Shown one piece after another: positions 38,387-47,087 of a DNA stretch of 64,000 bases (positions are counted from its first letter, which is position 1; the number at the start of each line of letters is the position of its first letter). The notes beneath the pieces are model-generated. The model worked only from the letters and a program-made list of their open reading frames with translations, was not told the origin of the DNA and made no database searches. The position numbers and the translations under genes were made by a program. Source of the stretch: Macrostomum hystrix (lineage: Eukaryota > Animalia > Platyhelminthes); the NCBI GenBank assembly GCA_950097015.1, contig CATNEN010000014.1, positions 434,001-498,000 on the forward strand, in the 5' to 3' direction.

Positions 38387-39115
38387 TTATGACCTTTCTC
38401 GCAAATCTGTTGCACGCCTTGCCGCCTCCCTTGATACCTCTTCTGATGGTCCATCAGATACTCTTGCTTCTTCAATGTCAATGTCCGGCAGATTGTGCAG
38501 TCTCTCTAGTCGGCCGAGTCTTCTTTTCGTTTTCCCCCAGTCGTTGTATATCCTATTCAAATACTCAGTGTGTCTTGTTACGTTTAGCCCCATGGTTCTT
38601 AGTGTTTCCTTTGTTTCATTTGCTAGTCTCTGAAGAGCTGTTATATCTGACTCTGCTGCTGTGAGTCGCGAACTCAATCTATCATGCACAGTGCTTGATC
38701 TTAGCATAAAGGCTTCTAAATTTCGAACTTTATTTGAATTTTCTGTTACTCTTTCTTCCACCAAGTTTGCTCGATTATTAACGGCAGTTCTCAGAGTGGC
38801 GATGTCTGATCTTAGAGTGGCGATGTCTGATCTCAGAGTGGGTATCGCTGCAACAAGAGTATCCCGATCATGAACAAACTGTACATATAGTATGTCAATC
38901 TCTTCCTTCCGTTTTGCTACGCTCAACCGCAGGTCTTCCATGTTTATTTGTTGTTGGTGTGTTGCCCGCTCTAGGGCTTTCAATCGATCTTTAATGAGTT
39001 TGATTTCTGGAATTTTTTCGTCAACATTTATATAACGCCTGTCAAGGTAAGAAACTTGAGCACTAGTGAGTGTGCTTCCGCGATCCAACGATTCACCTGC
39101 AAAATTAATAGACAT
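38387..39115 (-). CDS. Coiled-coil (fibre/spike-like?) Polinton protein, 242 aa
   Basis: ATG at 39115 after an A-run; heptad repeats IATLRSD-IATLRSD-IATLRTA. Confidence 0.7.
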   Translation of the reverse strand: MSINFAGESLDRGSTLTSAQVSYLDRRYINVDEKIPEIKLIKDRLKALERATHQQQINMEDLRLSVAKRKEEIDILYVQFVHDRDTLVAAIPTLRSDIATLRSDIATLRTAVNNRANLVEERVTENSNKVRNLEAFMLRSSTVHDRLSSRLTAAESDITALQRLANETKETLRTMGLNVTRHTEYLNRIYNDWGKTKRRLGRLERLHNLPDIDIEEARVSDGPSEEVSREAARRATDLRERS

Positions 39116-39133
39116 TTTTTTTAATAACAAAAT

Positions 39134-39934
39134 TTAAATTACAGTTTTTTTTTCTTTGTTGATCATCACAAACTGGTAAGGTTGATTCCACTTTTCATAG
39201 CAAAGATTAACGAATTCCTCCTGTGAAATCTTTCTGTTGGAGTTTTTTGTTGGATTTACAAAATTGGCAGGCGCAATGACCTCATTGTAAAATCTTTTTA
39301 GCCTGTCCTGTGGAATTGTTGGAAACAGGAGGATCAGATTGCAGTTCCCACGAATTGTTTTGTTCGGGAGCTCGAACCAGTTCTGGGCAATGTAAATCAC
39401 GTTACAATTGTTGTGCCGTCCTCTTGTAAAATAGTTTTCTATCTGCTTCTGTGGGCCTGTCATACAATCATCAAAGACAATCAAATGTTTTCTCCCCTTT
39501 TCTAGCTCATCTGGTTGGGGTAGAAGTTTGGTCTTAGGATCAACCTGCGGATCTCCGTATGTGAACACTTTAATGTTCTGCCATTTTTCATTGTCTTTGA
39601 TGTACTTTGCATATTCGGCAGCTACAATTTCTGGGTTACTGGGAAGGCTCTTTTGGTTATTAAAACATTGAATAATGTGCTCTTTGTGCAGTCTGTTTTG
39701 CAGTCCAGAGATCAACATTTTATACTCATCTTGATACAGGGTGGGAGAGTAGATGTGCAGAGTGTCATAGTCGATAAAGCCAGGTCTAAGAAGCATGTTA
39801 AAGACTCTGAATGTTTTGCCTGAACCTGACGAACCAACAACAATGCATCTGAAGTGACCCGGGATTGACTCATGATGAGAAAACTTAATCTGATTACGTG
39901 TCCAGTGAGGATTGAAGTCGTTTGAAAAGTCCAT
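39134..39934 (-). CDS. A32/FtsK-like genome packaging ATPase, 266 aa
   Basis: Walker A GSSGSGKT, Walker B LIVFDD and FTRGRHNNCNVIYIAQ...IRGN. Confidence 0.94.
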   Translation of the reverse strand: MDFSNDFNPHWTRNQIKFSHHESIPGHFRCIVVGSSGSGKTFRVFNMLLRPGFIDYDTLHIYSPTLYQDEYKMLISGLQNRLHKEHIIQCFNNQKSLPSNPEIVAAEYAKYIKDNEKWQNIKVFTYGDPQVDPKTKLLPQPDELEKGRKHLIVFDDCMTGPQKQIENYFTRGRHNNCNVIYIAQNWFELPNKTIRGNCNLILLFPTIPQDRLKRFYNEVIAPANFVNPTKNSNRKISQEEFVNLCYEKWNQPYQFVMINKEKKTVI

Positions 39935-39976
39935 TTTTCTATGATGAAAAAAAAATTAAAAAAGAGTAAATCATTT

Positions 39977-40140
39977 ATAAGATGTGTCTAGGACTTAGAT
40001 GTGTCTAGGACTTAGATGTGTCTTTTTGGGACTTAGATGTGTCTTTTTGGGACTTAGATGTGTCTTTTTGGGACTTAGATGTGTCTATTTGGGACTTAGA
40101 TGTGTCTTTTTGGGACTTAGATGTGTCTTTTTGGGACTAG
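39977..40140. repeat. 17/21-bp tandem array (CTTAGATGTGTCTTTTTGGGA) upstream of the ATPase
   Basis: Visible tandem array. Confidence 0.93.
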
Positions 40141-40239
40141 TCTTGTACCCTTACATGTCTTGTACCCTCGGAAAGCACCCTTTAGTCAAATTTGAAACCA
40201 CTTCCTTTTTTAATGCTAGCTATGCTGGCTCTCATCTTC

Positions 40240-40584
40240 TCATAGATTGCAGGGTCCACAGTGTCTGGGTTTGGGGCCAGAGGAGCCAGCGGAGCCAGCG
40301 GAGCCAATGGGGGGCTGAATATCTTGTGTTACAGTATCCTTTATCTTTTTAGCCGCAGTGACAACGCTTCCCACAGATTCAGCCACGTTCTTAATATTAT
40401 CTTTGTTCTCACTAATGACTTTAAAGACCCGAGCACCCTGTGCAATTATATCAGCAAGACCATTCCCTGAGCGTTCTTTCCTCGGATAGTGGCCTGCCGG
40501 GAAAAGTCCGGATCCACGCTTAATTAGATTAAGTTCCTCCTTGTCATAGTATTTGTCCACGTCTTTTTCGAAAATAATCGGCAT
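40240..40584 (-). CDS. Small Polinton protein, candidate internal virion protein with GxG sites and an amphipathic helix, 114 aa
   Basis: AAAAATG start context; RGSG-L and SGNG-LADIIAQGARVFKVI. Confidence 0.65.
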   Translation of the reverse strand: MPIIFEKDVDKYYDKEELNLIKRGSGLFPAGHYPRKERSGNGLADIIAQGARVFKVISENKDNIKNVAESVGSVVTAAKKIKDTVTQDIQPPIGSAGSAGSSGPKPRHCGPCNL

Positions 40585-40601
40585 TTTTATTCGGGAAGAA
40601 A

Positions 40602-41765
40602 TTATTTTTTGTTAAAACGTGAAAGCAGAAGCTCTCTTGCCCGTTTGTCGATATACTTCTTTTCCATCATTTTGTCCAGGATGTTGACAAATTCTTTTCT
40701 ATTTTCGTCTTTCATGCCAGTCTTTGCAGCTCCAAGAAGAACAGCCACTCGCTTATAGATGTCAGAAATTCCTTTTCCTTGAAATGATTGGTCGGCAGAG
40801 GACTGGTCGGTGGAGGACTGGGGTGAACTCTCAACTGCTCTTTGTTGTGGTGTGAACACTCTTGCTTTGATTTTATTCATTTGAGCTGGGGAGAAATTTT
40901 CTAGTTGTTGCCAGGCATCTGGGTGATCATTTTTATATTTAGCTACTTGAGTCGGATCTGCATTTTCAAGGGCACTGAGTATGTCTTCGGGTTTGATTGT
41001 TTGTTGCTGCTGTGGCGGTTGCTGCTGGGGCGGTTGCTGCTGGGGCGGTTGCTGCTGTGGCGGTTGCTGTTCTAGATATTTTATGGCATCTTCTTGATCT
41101 GGCAAACCAAACCATTGTTTAAAATGCTTGTACTTTTTGAATCTAGTCAGGATGACACCGTTGTCATGCATTATTTTCAGAACTTGTGGGACCTTTAGTA
41201 TTTCTATATCTCTTGCAAGAGCAAAACTCACTAGATCTCTATAGTTCTTTAGCTGCTTGTCCGAAATTTTCTCTTGGTTTTTAGTCATAAAATTCAGTAA
41301 GGTTTCTGTGTAAATTATTCTCTTAGTTTCTGAGCCTTTGACAACAGAAATATGGTTCTTGTTTATGTCGATATAATATTCCACTGGTTCATTATAAATG
41401 TTTTTTCTCCACATACTTATTCCAAATACATATTTCCCATCATGTTCTACACGTTCTACTGGTCCAAAAATGTTATCTGTCACTTTTAGTGATTGATGCG
41501 ATTCTGCAGATTGATGTATCTGCGGTGCTTCTGGAATTTTGTCCAAAGCCTTTTGCACCTGGGTTTCCTGTATGTCGTCAATAGTTTCTTTGACTTGATC
41601 AATATTTTTCTTAGCTTCTCCATACCCGGGTTTATGAAACTCTGTGGCTGCTTGGACAAACTCATTGTAGGATTGTTGCTCCTTATTGATTAGCCCGGTA
41701 ACTCTCTTTTCTGCTTGTGCTAGCTTCTCCAATTCAGATATTTGGTGCGCATTTTTTCGCTTCAT
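40602..41765 (-). CDS. Uncharacterised Polinton protein with QQQPP repeats and a conserved-looking C-terminal helical domain, 387 aa
   Basis: Intact ORF; C-terminal GKG-ISDIYKRVAVLLGAAKTG...EFVNILDKM resembles a recurrent Polinton motif (from recollection). Confidence 0.75.
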   Translation of the reverse strand: MKRKNAHQISELEKLAQAEKRVTGLINKEQQSYNEFVQAATEFHKPGYGEAKKNIDQVKETIDDIQETQVQKALDKIPEAPQIHQSAESHQSLKVTDNIFGPVERVEHDGKYVFGISMWRKNIYNEPVEYYIDINKNHISVVKGSETKRIIYTETLLNFMTKNQEKISDKQLKNYRDLVSFALARDIEILKVPQVLKIMHDNGVILTRFKKYKHFKQWFGLPDQEDAIKYLEQQPPQQQPPQQQPPQQQPPQQQQTIKPEDILSALENADPTQVAKYKNDHPDAWQQLENFSPAQMNKIKARVFTPQQRAVESSPQSSTDQSSADQSFQGKGISDIYKRVAVLLGAAKTGMKDENRKEFVNILDKMMEKKYIDKRARELLLSRFNKK

Positions 41766-41795
41766 TTCTTATTTTATTTTTTTTTAGTTTAAAAA

Positions 41796-43082
41796 ATGAA
41801 CGACCCACTGACACCAGTTTTCTACAAAATTAACAAGCCTATTTTGAGTGATGATAGCACAATCAAAGCGACTCAAGTAAGAGTTCCCAGTCAGGAAAAT
41901 CAGAATGAAACTAATCTTGGTCCTGGTCAAACACTGACATTCACCTACAATGGATGTTCGTCTCTGGTTAGTGTGCACAGTCTTAAGAGCGGCTTCCATA
42001 TGACATTTCAATTCAAGACAAAGGGAGGTGCGGATGCAGCTCATGCTAACGTTGACAAGCATGATGCAGATGTGGCTCTGATCAGTAACTTTTGGGCGTA
42101 CATGTTCAAGGAGTTTAGTGTATCGAATGGGAGCACAGAGTTGGAGCGAATCGCCAACTTTGGAGTTGTCTATGACGCTCATTGTTTGATCGAGAATCCA
42201 GATTTTATTCAGTTGGGGAGTGGTGCAGGTTTCGTTGCAGATGAAAAAGAAGGAGATATCAATGACAGTGGCTATAAAAAGAGGAAGAAGAGATACAACT
42301 ATGCATTGCAAGGTGCTGATGATGCTGCTAAGAACCCGCTGTATCGGTCTGTTGATGTATTCGTACCACTGAGATTCATGAGTGGATTCTGTAATACATT
42401 TAATCGACTGACTAGTAACTTCAGCTACACCTTTAAGATGACTAGAGATGATCGCAGTAGAGCGTTGTGGACTGGGGCGGACCACACTAGGATGGAGGTG
42501 AAGCTAACCGGAATCGAGCTGTATTTGGAAGTCATTGAGCCAAAGACCGCACTAAAAGCAGACTATCTCAAGGCAATAGAGAAGGACATTGATGTCGCCT
42601 ACACGGCCTACATGTGTCGAGATGAGCGAAACGAAACCAGAACAAACATCTGCATTAAAGAGGGATCATGCAGCAATCCTAGGTATATTATTATTAACAT
42701 GAGAAACCCAAATAACATTATACGCTACATGCATGGAGATGTGCGGTCCATTCAGCATGAAATCAGTGATAATCTTTACCCCGCACTGCCACAAAATGGA
42801 AATTTCAGTCAGAACAAGATTAGCAAATTTTACAGCGAGTTGGTCGACTTGGCTGTGAAAGAGAACAATGGAATTGCTATCACTGCTCTTCAATATGGAA
42901 CTCTTTATCCGATGTTTGGCGCTGATGTGTCTGCCAGACAAATGCCTACTGACAACAGCCCTGTGAATATCGTGACTAACATTGAGAGGACTGCCGCAAC
43001 TGCTGTTGACCTGTACATTATCTATGCGTTCGAGAGGAAGGTGAAGCTTAACATGATCAACAATTCATCCAGTAAAGTTTAA
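41796..43082 (+). CDS. Double jelly-roll major capsid protein (PY), 428 aa
   Basis: Size, beta-rich pattern (VFVPLRFMSGF, NPRYIII, LYP...FYSEL, GTLYPMFGADV) and position next to the penton-like gene. Confidence 0.85.
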   Translation: MNDPLTPVFYKINKPILSDDSTIKATQVRVPSQENQNETNLGPGQTLTFTYNGCSSLVSVHSLKSGFHMTFQFKTKGGADAAHANVDKHDADVALISNFWAYMFKEFSVSNGSTELERIANFGVVYDAHCLIENPDFIQLGSGAGFVADEKEGDINDSGYKKRKKRYNYALQGADDAAKNPLYRSVDVFVPLRFMSGFCNTFNRLTSNFSYTFKMTRDDRSRALWTGADHTRMEVKLTGIELYLEVIEPKTALKADYLKAIEKDIDVAYTAYMCRDERNETRTNICIKEGSCSNPRYIIINMRNPNNIIRYMHGDVRSIQHEISDNLYPALPQNGNFSQNKISKFYSELVDLAVKENNGIAITALQYGTLYPMFGADVSARQMPTDNSPVNIVTNIERTAATAVDLYIIYAFERKVKLNMINNSSSKV

Positions 43083-43105
43083 ATATTTTTTTTCGGGGCT
43101 GAAAA

Positions 43106-43906
43106 ATGGAAGCGATTGCTGAAAGACTAAATAATATTATTTCTCACTCTAAGGAGAGCATTCCTATTACAATAGCTGGGCGAATTAATGACGCAAACGG
43201 GATATTTGTTGAAAAATTAGAGCAGGCGATTCGTCTGGATCCAGGTGCTAATTACCATGTATATCTTAACGACTTCACTGGTTGGTCAAACGTTCCCAAT
43301 GTGACAGCAGCAAATAATAAGTTTCATTACAAATGGAAAGGTGTAGCAGCAGCAGAAACTGTGGTATTCCCTGTGAGCACGCAAAGTGTGGATACCTACA
43401 ATTACTTTCTAGAAAGTGTTTTTACTAAAAGAGGCCATTTTGAGACACCCAATGCGAGTAAGCCAGAGCAGAAACTGTTCCCTGTCAAACTATCCTATGA
43501 TCTCACTGTAATGAGAGTGGTCATGCAAGTTCACAAAGATGCTGAGGTTGAATTTAAAGATGACACATGGTATAGGGAATTGGGATTCGAGAAGAAAGTG
43601 TATAAAAGCGGTCTGTTCTTAGCACCTAATATCGCAGACATTGTAAAGGGTTTGAATATTCTAATCAGAAGTAATCTCAGTCTTGATTGGGTGTTTAAGG
43701 GAAAGCGAACGAATATTTTGTACAACATCTCAAACTCTGTTGCTGGAGGACAGATGCTGGTAGAGAAACCAAATCCAGTGAAAAGAGTTGTGCTAAGTAA
43801 TAAGGAGATTCACGAGATTGTGCTGCAGTTTGAGACGGAAGATGGTGTTGGCGTTGATTTCAACGGTGAAGAGTTTGTATTGACGTTGATCATTGAGAGA
43901 ATGTAA
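43106..43906 (+). CDS. Single jelly-roll minor capsid (penton) protein, 266 aa
   Basis: FTGWSNVPNV, NILIRSNL...NILYNI, VEKPNPV and VDFNGEEFVLTLIIE are typical of Polinton pentons. Confidence 0.85.
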   Translation: MEAIAERLNNIISHSKESIPITIAGRINDANGIFVEKLEQAIRLDPGANYHVYLNDFTGWSNVPNVTAANNKFHYKWKGVAAAETVVFPVSTQSVDTYNYFLESVFTKRGHFETPNASKPEQKLFPVKLSYDLTVMRVVMQVHKDAEVEFKDDTWYRELGFEKKVYKSGLFLAPNIADIVKGLNILIRSNLSLDWVFKGKRTNILYNISNSVAGGQMLVEKPNPVKRVVLSNKEIHEIVLQFETEDGVGVDFNGEEFVLTLIIERM

Positions 43907-44138
43907 GCTGCTTAATGATTTCTGCAAAGTTATAGTAGCTGTCATAGTCCTTTATAATTGCTCCATACTTATGAAACCAGTGACTCTTAACTGCTAGATT
44001 AATATTAGGGACATTGATATCGACGTTGGGACAATATTTCTTCATGTACTCGCTGCATTCTTTTTTGCATTGGTACTTACTCTTGTAATTAGGCTCATGA
44101 CTTTTGTAATAAGATCCTGGAGAGACGATTGGGAGCAT
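43890..44138 (-). CDS. Small hypothetical Polinton protein, 82 aa, whose start lies inside the right TIR
   Basis: TTAAAAATG start context like the other element genes; overlaps the penton stop by 17 nt. Confidence 0.5.
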   Translation of the reverse strand: MLPIVSPGSYYKSHEPNYKSKYQCKKECSEYMKKYCPNVDINVPNINLAVKSHWFHKYGAIIKDYDSYYNFAEIIKQLTFSQ

Positions 44139-44585
44139 TTTTAATAAGAATTTAATTTTTTTTCGGAGGATGAGCACCCAAGGTTTGGGGTCTTGATTGG
44201 GATTTTAGTGCTAATTTGATTGTCTTGGCACGCTTTTTGCAGCTTCGCTATTTTGTGCATGATCTCTTAGGGAGTGGCTGCGATAATTTTTTTTGTCCAA
44301 GTTCAAAAACTGTAGAGACAGATTTTTTGGTGGGGGAACCTTGTTCCTTCAGGAAAGGTAATGGTTTGTGCATTAAGGAGGCTGCGATAATTTTTGTCCT
44401 AGATATTCAACTTACAAACTGATGTGGGATATTAAAAGTAGAGAATTTAGAATATGGAGACGGAGTTTTTAGAGGGGCGAGGACCCTTTTTTTCCTGATC
44501 TCTTCGGGAATAATAAAAGTAATGGTTTGTGGATAATGGAGGCTGCGATTATTTTTGTCCTAGAAGCCCCCTCTTGCATACTACT
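44098..44585 (-). repeat. Right terminal inverted repeat of the Polinton
   Basis: Reverse complement of 30466-30951; ends in ACTACT. Confidence 0.95.
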
Positions 44586-44998
44586 CCAGTCCCCCTTATT
44601 TTTAAGCAGGCTCCGTGGTAACCCATAGAGATGCCAGTCCACCTTATTTTTAAGCAGGCTCCGTGGTAACCCACAGAGATGCCAGTCCACCTTATTTTTA
44701 AGCAGGCTCCGTGGTAACCCATAGAGATGCCAGTCCCCCTTATTTTTTAGCAGGCTCCGTGGTAACCCATAGAGATGCCAGTCCACCTTATTTTTAAGCA
44801 GGCTCCGTGGTAACCCATAGAGATGCCAGTCCCCCTTATTTTTAAGCAGGCTCCGTGGTAACCCATAGAGATGCCAGTCCCCCTTATTTTTAAGCAGGCT
44901 CCGTGGTAACCCACAGAGATGCCAGTCCCCCTTATTTTTAAGCAGGCTCCGTGGTAACCCACAGAGATGCCAGTCCACCTTATTTTTAAGCAGGCTCC
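44586..44998. repeat. 48-bp minisatellite, right part (about 8.5 copies)
   Basis: Same unit and orientation as 30309-30465, resuming at the duplicated CCAGTC. Confidence 0.95.
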
Positions 44999-45551
44999 TT
45001 GCTCCATAGAGATACTGATAGAACTTGCCCTAAAATGTGAGGATGTCTAAGAGTACAACTGAAATTCGCTTGTGCTATTTATCTGGTCAGTGTTGAAATG
45101 TCAATAAACTGACAACATTCTGCAGGTTGCAGTTTGCAGGAAGAAGCCAATGATAACAGGGTTTGGACACTTTGCTTTGGCAATTCTGAACTGAAAGATC
45201 ACATAGCAAAAGGGTCCCCAGATAGCCATTGGCTAGGAAATGAGACTGAATGCTGCTTCCAGTTTAGGAGTTCTTGCCCCGTATTTTTCAGCAGAAGGAG
45301 GTTGGGAAATTTATACGCAGGTACCTTTTATACGTGACTCCTTGACACTTGCTAAGCTATTCTGTTGTCAGGCTGCAAAGAATAGGCAGGCCCAATGCAA
45401 GTAAGATGACGCTGGTAGACTCTGATTGGCTCGGCCAGCGATCTCAGCTCATAAAGCACTGCTTCACCCAGCGAGGCATTTCCAAAAAACACAGGCTTTG
45501 CTGCGAACATAATGGGTAAGTTCTATCCTACTTTCTTCCTACCCCCTCGTT

Positions 45552-46178
45552 GGGACTGTGGAGACTGTGGAGACTGTGGAGACTGTAGACTGTAGACTGT
45601 AGACTGTAGAGACTGGAGACTGGAGACTGTAGACTGTAGACTGTAGACTGTAGACTGTAGAGACTGGAGACTGGAGACTGTAGAGACTGTGGAGACCGTA
45701 GACTGTAGACTGTAGACTGTAGACTGTAGACTGTAGACTGTAGACTGTAGAGACTGTGGAGACTGTAGACTGTAGACTGTAGACTGTAGAGACTGTGGAG
45801 ACTGTAGACTGTAGACTGTAGACTGTAGAGACTGTGGAGACTGTAGACTGTAGACTGTAGACTGTAGACTGTATATACTGTGGAGACAGTAGAGACTGTA
45901 TATACTGTGGAGACTGTATATACTGTGGAGACAGTAGAGACTGTATATACTGTGGAGACAGTAGAGACTGTATATACTGTGGAGACATTAGAGACTGTAT
46001 ATACTGTGGAGACAGTAGAGACTGTATATACTGTGGAGACATTAGAGACTGTATATACTGTGGAGACTGTATATACTGTGGAGACATTAGAGACTGTATA
46101 TACTGTGGAGACTGTATATACTGTGGAGACATTAGAGACTGTATATACTGTGGAGACTGTATATACTGTGTAGACAGT
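45552..46178. repeat. Compound AGACTGT / GAGACTGTATATACTGTG simple repeat
   Basis: Visible; source of the spurious ORFs at 45528-46214. Confidence 0.94.
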
Positions 46179-46960
46179 ATTCCCACCATCAATTTCTGCT
46201 TTCTTATCAGTCATGGCTTAGAAGTGAAATTCGCCAAGAAAATGTTGGCACAAATGCATTTGTACCTATTGGATTGAAATCACCTTTGATATTTATTCGA
46301 CTTTTCCCCAATGACCCTCACTACGACTTATAATTTTTTAATTACAAGGATATTTTGATATTTAAGAAGGAGCGATTCAGTGCTAGTTCAAGCTTGTCAG
46401 CATAGGATTCCTAATCTACGAGAAGTTGTTCATTTCTTGTCTTCAGCTCAGACTCTACTCGTACATGAACGATATCAACATTTTCAGCAGCCGAGGAGGC
46501 CGCCCAGTTGGCGCTGGCTGCAGACTTTCCAGGCGCTACAACCGCTGCTGCTGTCGATGGTCGACTACTTCTACCGCCGCTACTGCTGCTGCCGAATCTT
46601 CAGAGCCAGCAGGTTTCGCACCTTTCTCTGGAACTTAATGCTCAGATCACATTGAGTACTACTCACAACTCAAATGAATTCACGATGGCGAGTTAGGATC
46701 GCGCGCTTACGGCCTGTCAAACTGGGAGCTTTCCGGTCCCCGGCGGTACCTGAGCAGCTTGGGATGGCGCCCTGGCAGCAACGCCGGCAGTTGGGCGTGG
46801 TTGAATTATGCATACCGGCGCTGCCACCCCTGGCGTAGCAGCTCCCGCTCACTCCCAATGAGCTATTCTTGAAGGCAGACCCTTTCAAGTTCTCACAGCG
46901 GACCTGACTAATAATAATAAGTCCTAAGCACGCTGTTCGTTCTATCGCTTCTCTACTTCT

Positions 46961-47087
46961 TTGTCTGTCTTTCTGTCTGTCTGTCTGTCTGCCTGTCTAT
47001 CTGTCTCTGCCTGTCTGTCTGTCTGTCTCTGCCTGTCTGTCTGTCTGTCTCTGCCTGTCTGTCAATCTATATGTCTGTCTGTCTCAG
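46961..47087. repeat. (CTGT)n microsatellite
   Basis: Visible. Confidence 0.9.

Larger units (their letters stand above)
30466..44585. mobile_element. Complete Polinton/Maverick (adintovirus-type) endogenous dsDNA virus, 14,120 bp
   Basis: Canonical 5'-AGTAGT...ACTACT-3' ends, ~486-bp TIRs, 6-bp TSD CCAGTC (30460-30465 and 44586-44591). Intronless AT-rich ORFs for INT, pPolB, protease, ATPase, MCP and mCP. Confidence 0.97.

Noticed and set aside
45528-46214. 228-aa and 217-aa ORFs
   Set aside because: Simple-repeat translations.
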